Source: a virus (lineage: Duplodnaviria > Caudoviricetes). Taken from it: a DNA stretch of 64,000 nucleotides. The notes beneath the pieces are model-generated. The model had not been told where the DNA came from, ran no database searches, and saw nothing but the letters and a program-made list of their open reading frames with translations. The DNA lies in IMG/VR virus record IMGVR_UViG_3300025840_004398. One strand, 5' to 3'. Position numbers and translations under genes: made by a program. Shown here in pieces: positions 9,052 through 16,892 of this stretch. Each line of letters starts with the position of its first letter. Position 1 is the first letter of the stretch.

Positions 9052-9636
9052 ATGAAAAAATATAATGTAATAGGACTTGTATCCCTTATATCATTAATAC
9101 TGATGAGTTTTACAAGTTATATAATGAGAGATTCTGTTGAAACAACAATCCTCAAAGCAAAACCAATAGTAACGATAGAACCTACTATTGAAATTAAACC
9201 AATCAAAATTGAAATTGACCAAACACAAATGTTCTTAGATGCAATCGGAATGAGAGAATCATCAAACCGATACGATGTTGTGAACAAATGGGGATATATG
9301 GGAAAATATCAATTTGGAAGAAGAACTCTTAAATCATTGGGTTACGATATAACAAAAAAAGAGTTTTTGAATTCACCAATACTACAAGAAAGAGCAATGT
9401 TAGATTTACTAAATCACAATAAGAAAATTTTACAGAAGTATATAAATTATTGGGATGGTAAAAAAATCAATGGTACTATAATTACCGAAAGTGGTATCTT
9501 AGCAGCTGCACATCTTGCAGGACCTGGTAATGTTAAAAGATTCCTTAAAGAAGGAAAAGAATTTAAAGATGGCAATGGTACAAAACTTACAAGATACCTT
9601 ACCTTATTTAGCGGTTATGAAATAAATATCGATTAA
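9052..9636 (+). CDS. lysozyme/lytic-transglycosylase-like protein with N-terminal membrane anchor (candidate endolysin)
   Basis: Hydrophobic N-terminus; FLDAIGMRESSNRYDVVNKWGYMGKYQFG (ES catalytic motif) and ESGILAAAHLAGPG, which I recognise from a Flavobacteriaceae family. Confidence 0.75.
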   Translation: MKKYNVIGLVSLISLILMSFTSYIMRDSVETTILKAKPIVTIEPTIEIKPIKIEIDQTQMFLDAIGMRESSNRYDVVNKWGYMGKYQFGRRTLKSLGYDITKKEFLNSPILQERAMLDLLNHNKKILQKYINYWDGKKINGTIITESGILAAAHLAGPGNVKRFLKEGKEFKDGNGTKLTRYLTLFSGYEINID

Positions 9637-9637
9637 T

Positions 9638-9913
9638 ATGTTAGAACTATTTACAACCTATAATATCATTATTGGTATTTCGGTTATCACAAATGTTATA
9701 TTATTGGTAGGTGTTAGAAACCTACTTAGACAGAACGAACAGTTGGAAGATAGATTAGTTGAAACCAATGATTTCGTAAAGAATAAAGTAGAAGCATCAC
9801 TTGATAGAATGAGACAATTAGATTTCAAACAAGCCTTTGAAAAAGATGATGAAGTTGGTGTAACTTTCCAAGAATTAAAAAAAGTAGTTGAAGAACTAAA
9901 CAACGACCTATAA
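9638..9913 (+). CDS. N-terminal TM plus coiled-coil protein (possible lysis accessory)
   Basis: IIIGISVITNVILLVGV TM helix followed by a heptad-rich region; adjacent to the muramidase-like gene. Confidence 0.55.
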   Translation: MLELFTTYNIIIGISVITNVILLVGVRNLLRQNEQLEDRLVETNDFVKNKVEASLDRMRQLDFKQAFEKDDEVGVTFQELKKVVEELNNDL

Positions 9914-9914
9914 T

Positions 9915-10688
9915 ATGGCCAAACAAAGAAGAAAAAAATCCAAAATATATTTTGGTACTCCTGCACAAGAAGCAATCATAGAATACAACAAATCAAAAGA
10001 CCCAGCAGAAAGGTCTAAGATTTACGAAACAAGAATTAAATATCCTTTTGAAAAACTTGCAGAAAATGTTTTAAACACATTTAAATTTACTTACTTTGAT
10101 GTTCCTAAGAAAGATATACAAACAGAAGTAGTTTCTACAATGGTAGAAAAAATGCATATGTTTAAAGAAGGTAAGGGGAGAGCGTTTTCATACTTTACTA
10201 TTATTGCAAAAAACCATCTTATCTTAAAAAATAATGGAAATTATAAAAGGTGGAAACAAAATTCACTTCTTTCAGAGATGCCAGAAACTTGGAATCCTGA
10301 AAATGATTTTGAAGTAGTACAAGAGAATAATGAGTTTAAAGAATTTAAATATATGATGATTGCATATTGGGATAGAAATTTAAACTCCGTATTTACAAAG
10401 AAAAGAGATTTACAAATTGCTGATGCCGTATTAGAATTATTTAGACGAAGTGACCATATAGAAAACTTTAATAAAAAACATCTATACCTACTTATAAGAG
10501 AGATGACTGATTGTAAAACTCACTACATCACCAAAGTTGTAAATGTAATGAAACAACATCAGAAAAAAATGTTAAATGAGTATCTTGAACATGGTGAGTT
10601 TAAAGAACCAAATAGAAAACCATTTTGGCAAAAACCAACTCAAGAAGATGAGGGTGAGAACCCATATTTAGATAACGAATTTTTATAG
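9915..10688 (+). CDS. phage sigma factor, T4 gp55-like (late transcription)
   Basis: Region-2-like pattern FEKLAENVLNTFKF...IQTEVVSTMVEKMHMFKEGKGRAFSYFTIIAKN parallels gp55/sigma70 region 2.1-2.4. Confidence 0.65.
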   Translation: MAKQRRKKSKIYFGTPAQEAIIEYNKSKDPAERSKIYETRIKYPFEKLAENVLNTFKFTYFDVPKKDIQTEVVSTMVEKMHMFKEGKGRAFSYFTIIAKNHLILKNNGNYKRWKQNSLLSEMPETWNPENDFEVVQENNEFKEFKYMMIAYWDRNLNSVFTKKRDLQIADAVLELFRRSDHIENFNKKHLYLLIREMTDCKTHYITKVVNVMKQHQKKMLNEYLEHGEFKEPNRKPFWQKPTQEDEGENPYLDNEFL

Positions 10689-10694
10689 AAAAAA

Positions 10695-12401
10695 ATGAAA
10701 GGTTATATTTTAGGAATATCGTGTGGATATCACGATAGTGCAGCTGCACTGATTAAAGATGGAAAAGTTTTAGGAGCGGTAGAAGAAGAAAGATTTACTG
10801 GTATAAAACACGATTCATCTTTTCCTATTAATACAATCCAATGGTTATACAAAGAATTCAAAATAGAAGGTGAGGATATAGAATCAGTTGCTTTCTATGA
10901 TAATCCCAAAACCAAATTAGATAGAATACAAAAATCTCTTAAACGAGGACCTATATCTCAATATTTTAATCGTGGTAAAATTCTAAAAAGAAATAAAATA
11001 AAATACGATACTTTTGAAAAACAAATTTATGGTATTACACATACCAACGTAAATATATTTTATTCAGACCACCACCTTTCACACGCATCATATTCCTTTT
11101 ACACATCTCCATATGATAGAGCATCTATTCTTTCGGTAGATGGAGTTGGTGAATGGGAAACAACCACTCTTTGGTATGGTGAAGGAAATAAGATTTCAAA
11201 AATACAACAGATTAACTTCCCACATTCACTTGGGATGTTATATTCAGCCTTTACTGCTTTCTTAGGTTTCAAACCAAACGAAGGTGAGTACAAAGTTATG
11301 GGTTTGGCTCCATATGGTGACCCAAAAACGTTTCTTAATAAATTTAGGAAACTATATACCCTCACAGATGATGGTGGATTCGAACTGAATATGGAATACT
11401 TTACATATGATTGGTCAGATACTCATATGTTTAACGAGAAGTTGGGACAACTCTTGGGTATTCCAAATCGGTTACCTGAAGATAATTTAAATCAACCTCA
11501 CAAAGATTTATCAGCAACTCTACAACACGAATACGAATTTCTATTCTTTAGATTAGTAAATAGATTATTCGCAGTTCGTTCATCTAACAATTTATGTTTG
11601 AGTGGTGGATGTGCATACAATGGAACTGCAAATGGAAAGATATTAGAGAAATCAAACTTTAAGAATGTTTGGATTCCACCTGCTCCATCTGATGCTGGTT
11701 CTGCTATCGGTGCCGCACTTCATGTTTATTTCGAAATGGGGGGAACTCAAAAGGTAGATAACACAACTCCTTATCTTGGTCCTCACTACAAAAACGAAGA
11801 TGTAGAAAAGGCTTTAGAAGAAATGGATGTAGATGTTTGGTTCGAAAAGAAATCACATTCAGAAATAATTCCTTTAATCTCAAAAGAAATCACAGAAGGA
11901 AATGTAGTAGGTTGGTTTGAAGGTAAAATGGAATTTGGTTCTCGTGCATTAGGAAATCGTTCTATTTTAGCAAATCCATGTGACCCACAAATGAAATCAA
12001 GGGTAAATCGAGTAATTAAAAAGAGAGAAGGATTCAGACCCTTTGCTCCAATGGTAAAGTTAGAAGAACAAACAAAATACTTTGATTATAAAAAAGAAGT
12101 TCCTTATATGAATCAAGTGGTAAAGGTAAAAGAAGAGCATCAATCTAAATTACCAGCAATCACTCATGTTGATGGTTCTGCAAGAATTCAATCAGTTACC
12201 AAAAGACAACATAAGAGAATCTACGAACTTCTCACACAACTTCACAAAGATAATGGATATCCAATAGTTCTCAACACTTCATTCAATTTAAAAGACCAAA
12301 CAATGGTTTTAGACCCAAGAACTGCAATCGAAACTTTCTTAGATTGTGAAATGGATACTTTAGTAATTCACAATTATATTATAAAGAAAAAGATTTTATA
12401 A
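10695..12401 (+). CDS. carbamoyltransferase (NodU/CmcH/TobZ family)
   Basis: GISCGYHDSAAAL, EEERFTGIKH, HHLSHA, DGVGE, GGCAYN, RALGNRSILANP, RPFAP, NTSFN. Confidence 0.93.
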   Translation: MKGYILGISCGYHDSAAALIKDGKVLGAVEEERFTGIKHDSSFPINTIQWLYKEFKIEGEDIESVAFYDNPKTKLDRIQKSLKRGPISQYFNRGKILKRNKIKYDTFEKQIYGITHTNVNIFYSDHHLSHASYSFYTSPYDRASILSVDGVGEWETTTLWYGEGNKISKIQQINFPHSLGMLYSAFTAFLGFKPNEGEYKVMGLAPYGDPKTFLNKFRKLYTLTDDGGFELNMEYFTYDWSDTHMFNEKLGQLLGIPNRLPEDNLNQPHKDLSATLQHEYEFLFFRLVNRLFAVRSSNNLCLSGGCAYNGTANGKILEKSNFKNVWIPPAPSDAGSAIGAALHVYFEMGGTQKVDNTTPYLGPHYKNEDVEKALEEMDVDVWFEKKSHSEIIPLISKEITEGNVVGWFEGKMEFGSRALGNRSILANPCDPQMKSRVNRVIKKREGFRPFAPMVKLEEQTKYFDYKKEVPYMNQVVKVKEEHQSKLPAITHVDGSARIQSVTKRQHKRIYELLTQLHKDNGYPIVLNTSFNLKDQTMVLDPRTAIETFLDCEMDTLVIHNYIIKKKIL

Positions 12402-12403
12402 GA

Positions 12404-12540
12404 TATTTATGATTATAGAAGGGATGGAAAAAACTTTTAAAGTTCGTTAGTTTAGAAACACTACTAGCATCCATATGATACCCTAATCGTAATTCAAAAT
12501 GATTCGATAGAAACCCACCAATAGGTGGGTTTGGTTTTTT
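12404..12540 (+). ncRNA. candidate small structured RNA (promoter-like motif to intrinsic terminator, no ORF longer than 13 aa)
   Basis: TATTTATG at 12404, local stems (GGATG/CATCC, GATTA..GGG/CCC.TAATC, ATCG/CGAT) and a terminator at 12511-12540. No family recognised. Confidence 0.35.
12511..12540 (+). terminator. intrinsic terminator
   Basis: AAACCCACC-AATA-GGTGGGTTT followed by a T-run. Confidence 0.85.
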
Positions 12541-12559
12541 ATATAAATTCCACTTTAAC

Positions 12560-12597
12560 TTAACACTAAATTAACATTACATAACATTTTCTTAACA
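12560..12597 (+). repeat. four helically phased TTAACA direct repeats (OmpR/PhoB-type operator candidate)
   Basis: TTAACA 12560, TTAACA 12571, ATAACA 12581, TTAACA 12592; spacing 11/10/11 bp. Confidence 0.7.
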
Positions 12598-12603
12598 TTG
12601 GTG

Positions 12604-12611
12604 TATTTATA
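12604..12611 (+). promoter_or_regulatory. TATTTATA candidate phage late promoter
   Basis: The same octamer precedes the ATGs at 12628, 13480, 15769, 27692, 29628, 30790, 37252, 46062, 47192 and (minus strand) 37167. Confidence 0.6.
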
Positions 12612-12627
12612 ATAAAGAGGAATACCT

Positions 12628-12960
12628 ATGAGAACACAACATTTACTTTTAGTAAAAATGGTTAAGATAGTGTGTATTCTTTTATTAGCACTATTTAGTA
12701 CACCAATTTTCTCCCAAACTTCAGAAGGAGAAATAAAAAAGTACAAACAAGATTGTCAAACAGGTTACTTCATCAAGAAAGATGGTAAATGGTTAAGACA
12801 TGGTATATGGAAACATCACTATGCATCTGCCGAGTATGACAATGGACAAATGGTTTGGATTGAATTAAAAGATGGTAGAAAGTTTACCTCAGAACAAATC
12901 AAAATCAAACAATTAGAATTAAAGATTGCGAGATTAGAAGAAAGAATCGCATCTAACTAA
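12628..12960 (+). CDS. putative secreted protein with Sec signal peptide
   Basis: GAGG upstream; ...KIVCILLLALFSTPIFS|QTSEG signal peptide followed by Gln; C-terminal coiled coil. Confidence 0.65.
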   Translation: MRTQHLLLVKMVKIVCILLLALFSTPIFSQTSEGEIKKYKQDCQTGYFIKKDGKWLRHGIWKHHYASAEYDNGQMVWIELKDGRKFTSEQIKIKQLELKIARLEERIASN

Positions 12961-12965
12961 AATCT

Positions 12966-12994
12966 AAAACCCACCAACTCGGTGGGTTTTTTTT
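12966..12994 (+). terminator. intrinsic terminator
   Basis: AAAACCCACC-AACTC-GGTGGGTTTT plus T-run. Confidence 0.88.
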
Positions 12995-13148
12995 CATATA
13001 TATTTTATTAAATACAAACGATAATTGAGGATTCCATATATATTAGCTAATTTTTTTATGGACTTTTCATAGTTATTTGATGGATATCCCAATGTTTTGT
13101 AATATGAAAAAGTTATAGATTGCTTAACCAAAACAAAGGAGATAATTT

Positions 13149-13385
13149 ATGGAATTTCTAAAAAAGATTGGCTCTTGGGCTAACTCATTAACAGAAATTG
13201 GTATAAGTATCATCGCTCTTGGAGTAGTATTAGAAGTACTATTCAAAGGTGCAACGATTCCTTTCTGGCCAGATAACTCAGTAGTAGATAATCTAATGAG
13301 TATTTTGGGTGGATTGAGTAATGAAGGACTACTTGGTTTAGTAGGAGCATTCATTTTATACCACATCCTTAAAAACAAATCATAA
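13149..13385 (+). CDS. small two-TM membrane protein
   Basis: AAGGAG upstream; two hydrophobic segments (LTEIGISIIALGVVLEVLF; GLLGLVGAFILYHIL). Confidence 0.75.
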   Translation: MEFLKKIGSWANSLTEIGISIIALGVVLEVLFKGATIPFWPDNSVVDNLMSILGGLSNEGLLGLVGAFILYHILKNKS

Positions 13386-13413
13386 GGACTCAACTTCCAT
13401 AAGCGCGTTGGAT

Positions 13414-13441
13414 AAAAACCTCACTTCGGTGAGGTTTTTTT
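13414..13441 (+). terminator. intrinsic terminator (UUCG loop)
   Basis: AAAAACCTCAC-TTCG-GTGAGGTTTTT. Confidence 0.9.
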
Positions 13442-13449
13442 ATTCAGTA

Positions 13450-13457
13450 TATTTATA
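13450..13457 (+). promoter_or_regulatory. TATTTATA candidate late promoter
   Basis: Immediately after the terminator, 30 nt before ATG 13480 that opens the structural module. Confidence 0.6.
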
Positions 13458-13479
13458 TACAACATAATGTATAAAAATC

Positions 13480-13890
13480 ATGAGTACAGATTTTGAATTA
13501 TTTCCAGGAAAGAATCTAAGTGGATTGTTCAAGGATATCTACGATAACCAACAAAACAAGAAACAAAGAATCTCAGAACTGATTGCTGAAATGAAGAAGG
13601 TAATCAGACACGCAGGTGATATGGCAGTTATTGGACCAATCATCAAAGATTTAGTTGATACCTCAGTAAAGAACGATGATGCTTTAATCAAGATGGCAGC
13701 AATTGCTCAACGTATCATTGGTGCACAACACAAAGCAGAAGGAGATAGTGGATTCCTTTCTGATGAAGAAAAAGAACAACTTCTAAAACAATTAGATGAA
13801 ACCATCGCAGAAGTGGCCGATGAACAAGATTTAAAGGTTGATGAACTTACAAACGAAATAGAAGAATTAAAACAAAAGGTAGGTAAGTAA
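13480..13890 (+). CDS. hypothetical helical protein at the head of the structural module
   Basis: Helical/coiled-coil ORF following the TATTTATA motif. Confidence 0.7.
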   Translation: MSTDFELFPGKNLSGLFKDIYDNQQNKKQRISELIAEMKKVIRHAGDMAVIGPIIKDLVDTSVKNDDALIKMAAIAQRIIGAQHKAEGDSGFLSDEEKEQLLKQLDETIAEVADEQDLKVDELTNEIEELKQKVGK

Positions 13891-13891
13891 C

Positions 13892-15145
13892 ATGGCAAAA
13901 GAAATATTAGTACAGTCCTATAAAAATAAATCAACAAATAAAAAGAGCAGAACTAGTAGTGTAACTGGAATAGTTATAGATGTTATATTAGATGATGATA
14001 CTTCTCCTGACTTATCAATAAATGATACTGATAATTTTTCCACTAGTAAAGATACTAGATTTGTTGGATGTGTTCTTGTTAAAAAAACTAAAAGTTTAGA
14101 ATCTTCTTTTAAATATACAGGAGAACCAATTCCCCCTTTTAATACAGACGAGGACCTTCCTTTAAAAAATGAAGAAGTTGAGTTAATAAAGTTAGGAAAT
14201 AGTTTATATTACAAACGATTAAATTCAACCGACTTAAATGTTGGAAATGCATTTGAAGGGAAAACAACAAGAAGTTTTAAGGCAGATGAAAAAGAATCTC
14301 CATCTGGTGACTATTCATCAACCTCCTCTACTGGTACTTCAAAATCATCTGCAACAGATAATGATGAAAAAATAGGTAAGTATTTTGAACCTACCCAAGT
14401 AAATAGATTATTAAAATATGAAGGTGATAAAATAATTGAATCTAGATTTGGACAATCTATTAGATTTAGTGGATACAATAATCAAGATGAAGAATTGTCA
14501 CCAACTATTATAATAAGAAATAGACAAAACTCTGAAAGTTTATCTAAATTAAAAAGATTTGATTCTGTTGAAGAAGATGTAAATAAAGATGGTTCAACGA
14601 TATTACTTTCATCTAACAAATATAAAATCGATTTTCAACCTGGCACTGTTGATGATGGTGGTTCGTCTGATTTTGAAACAAATCCAATTAACTTTGAATT
14701 ACCACAAGAATATACAGGATTTGACCAAATGTTGTTATCATCTGAAAGAATTATCTTATCTGCTAAATCACAAGAGATGATTTTCTTCTCAAAAGGAAAT
14801 TATGGATTTATATCAGATGGTAAGTTTACGATAGATAATGGTAATGGTGGTGCTGATTTAGATTTTGGTGATGATGTAAATATTACTACTGATAGAAACA
14901 ATGGGAATTTTTCAGTAAATACAGGTAATGGCAATATCTTACTTAATACTGATAATACCAATGAAGCGATTGTTAGAGGTAACACTCTTGTAGATTTACT
15001 TACTCAACTTATAGATGCAATAAATCAACAAACTTTCAATACACCATCAGGACCAACGGCATTAGGACCGAATAACAGAGCAACCTTTAATGATATTAAA
15101 TCTAAACTTAGAGATGCTCTATCAACTTTAAACTTTACGGAGTAA
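13892..15145 (+). CDS. probable baseplate central spike (T4 gp5/VgrG-like)
   Basis: N-terminal OB-fold-like GIVIDVILD; GDKIIESRFGQSIRFS; beta-helix-like G/D/N-rich C-terminus ending ..TPSGPTA..; lies upstream of the gp25-like gene. Confidence 0.55.
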   Translation: MAKEILVQSYKNKSTNKKSRTSSVTGIVIDVILDDDTSPDLSINDTDNFSTSKDTRFVGCVLVKKTKSLESSFKYTGEPIPPFNTDEDLPLKNEEVELIKLGNSLYYKRLNSTDLNVGNAFEGKTTRSFKADEKESPSGDYSSTSSTGTSKSSATDNDEKIGKYFEPTQVNRLLKYEGDKIIESRFGQSIRFSGYNNQDEELSPTIIIRNRQNSESLSKLKRFDSVEEDVNKDGSTILLSSNKYKIDFQPGTVDDGGSSDFETNPINFELPQEYTGFDQMLLSSERIILSAKSQEMIFFSKGNYGFISDGKFTIDNGNGGADLDFGDDVNITTDRNNGNFSVNTGNGNILLNTDNTNEAIVRGNTLVDLLTQLIDAINQQTFNTPSGPTALGPNNRATFNDIKSKLRDALSTLNFTE

Positions 15146-15148
15146 AAG

Positions 15149-15721
15149 ATGTCTTGGAATAGTTTTAAATCCATTATGAATGCTTATATGAGTAATCCGA
15201 ATGGAGTAAAATCCAAAGAAGATTTTGCCAAACAATTTACTCAGGCATATGATTCTGCAATGATTACTGGTTCTGTTGTTACTCGTGGTTTTGGTGGGTT
15301 TCCTCTTCCAATTCAAAAAGGAAATAAAGAGTTAATGGAAACTATGGTAGTTCTTGCTTGTTCAATAGCATTGACTAAAAAAGATAGACATACTTTCATA
15401 AAAGATTTAGGTAAGGCAGTATTGGGATATTGGGGTGGAGCAACCTTACAATTAATACCACCATCGATTCCAGCCGTAGGTTCATTTCAAAATATAGCAG
15501 CAACAACGGCAGTGGTTTCTAATGCGGGTACTTGGCCAGAAACACCACCAGAATTCCCAACAGATGATAGTGGTAAATTTTTAGATTTATTTATTGCATA
15601 TGCAACAACACACCTAACAACAGTTCAAGCAATTGTATCTACAACATCATTATATCCTGGTTTTCCATTATTACCACCATCTCCTGGTGTTGTAACTCTG
15701 ACTGGATATCAATTACCATAA
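15149..15721 (+). CDS. hypothetical virion protein
   Basis: ORF in the baseplate operon with a Pro/Gly/Thr-rich C-terminus. Confidence 0.6.
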   Translation: MSWNSFKSIMNAYMSNPNGVKSKEDFAKQFTQAYDSAMITGSVVTRGFGGFPLPIQKGNKELMETMVVLACSIALTKKDRHTFIKDLGKAVLGYWGGATLQLIPPSIPAVGSFQNIAATTAVVSNAGTWPETPPEFPTDDSGKFLDLFIAYATTHLTTVQAIVSTTSLYPGFPLLPPSPGVVTLTGYQLP

Positions 15722-15735
15722 AACTAACAAAGATA

Positions 15736-15743
15736 TATTTATA
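15736..15743 (+). promoter_or_regulatory. TATTTATA candidate late promoter
   Basis: Intergenic, 33 nt before ATG 15769. Confidence 0.6.
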
Positions 15744-15768
15744 TTAAGATAAAAGGAAATTTTACAAA

Positions 15769-16338
15769 ATGGATAACAAACAACTTATAAAAGTAATAAA
15801 AGCACTAGTGGAAGTTGAAGTAGCAAAGAAACATGAAAAGTTTCTTAAAGAACAATTTCCAGCAATACTTGATGAAGCCGTTAAAGGTAAAATGAAAACT
15901 TTGAAAAAAACCACACCAACAAATGTGGTGAGTGAAGAAGTAGACCCCTTTGAAGTGGCAAATCAAGTATTACAAAATGAAAGACAAGAACAACCAAAAA
16001 GACAATTCACTAAAAATGAAGCGTTAAATGAAGTTCTAAATCAAACAAAACCATTCACTAAAGAACAAAGAGCGGGTGGAACACAAGTTAAATCTGTATT
16101 AGATTCATTTCAACCAGTAAATGAAAGTATGGATAAAACAGTTGAGTTTACTCAAGGAGGAGCAGGAGCTGGTTTAGATGGAATGAGAGCTTCAATGGCA
16201 TCACAAATGGGTTATGGTGACCTACAAACAAGTGGTGGAGCTAAAAAAAGTGGATTGGGTGTTCAGACAGGATTACCAGCTTTAGATAGAGTTTTAAACA
16301 GAGATAACTCTGAATTAGTTAAAAGATTTAAAAGATAA
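15769..16338 (+). CDS. hypothetical protein
   Basis: Long ORF following a TATTTATA motif. Confidence 0.7.
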   Translation: MDNKQLIKVIKALVEVEVAKKHEKFLKEQFPAILDEAVKGKMKTLKKTTPTNVVSEEVDPFEVANQVLQNERQEQPKRQFTKNEALNEVLNQTKPFTKEQRAGGTQVKSVLDSFQPVNESMDKTVEFTQGGAGAGLDGMRASMASQMGYGDLQTSGGAKKSGLGVQTGLPALDRVLNRDNSELVKRFKR

Positions 16339-16457
16339 TGATTGAAGGTTTAATCATATTAGTAATGTTAGGTGTTTCTGTATTTACACTTACCAAAAGT
16401 TTAAAGAAAAAGGCTTATGGTGAATGTGGATGTGGGAAGTGCCAATGTGGAGGATAA
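16338..16457 (+). CDS. 39-aa membrane peptide with Cys-rich tail (resembles FeoB-associated Cys-rich membrane protein)
   Basis: Manual translation MIEGLIILVMLGVSVFTLTKSLKKKAYGECGCGKCQCGG. TAATG coupling to the upstream gene; fills the gap exactly. Confidence 0.7.
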   Translation: MIEGLIILVMLGVSVFTLTKSLKKKAYGECGCGKCQCGG

Positions 16458-16460
16458 TAA

Positions 16461-16889
16461 GTGGCTTACGAGTTAGGTAGAAAAGTTGTATTAGATACAG
16501 AAGAGTTTGACTCTTATGCATATGGCATTTCATCGCCAACAAAAAGAGGTAATGTTATGTTTGAACAAACATTTACTTCATTTGAAGCTGCTAAATCAAA
16601 TCTTCGTAATTTGTTACTAACAAGACAAGGTGAGAGAGTAATGCAACCTGAATTTGGAACAGGATTACACGAACTTTTATTTGGTCAAATTGATGAAGAT
16701 TTTGAAACAAATATACAAACTACACTAACTGATAGTGTTAGTTTTTGGTTACCTTATATTACTATTGATGAAATAACAATAGAAGCGACTGATGAAATGA
16801 AAGATAAAAACCAAGTTGGTTTAGAGGTTTCTTTTAAGGTTGGAACAGACGAACAAATAAGTACATTAGGAATAACGTTTCAGGGGTAA
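16461..16889 (+). CDS. baseplate wedge protein, gp25/GPW-like
   Basis: AAKSNLRNLLLTRQGERVMQPEFGTGL...LTDSVSFWLPYITI. Confidence 0.88.
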   Translation: MAYELGRKVVLDTEEFDSYAYGISSPTKRGNVMFEQTFTSFEAAKSNLRNLLLTRQGERVMQPEFGTGLHELLFGQIDEDFETNIQTTLTDSVSFWLPYITIDEITIEATDEMKDKNQVGLEVSFKVGTDEQISTLGITFQG

Positions 16890-16892
16890 AAA

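Noticed and set aside
12404-12510. SAM riboswitch (suggested by MetK and radical-SAM content)
   Set aside because: No SAM-I/II/III/V consensus was recognised, and the element does not precede a SAM-related gene; kept only as a generic sRNA candidate.
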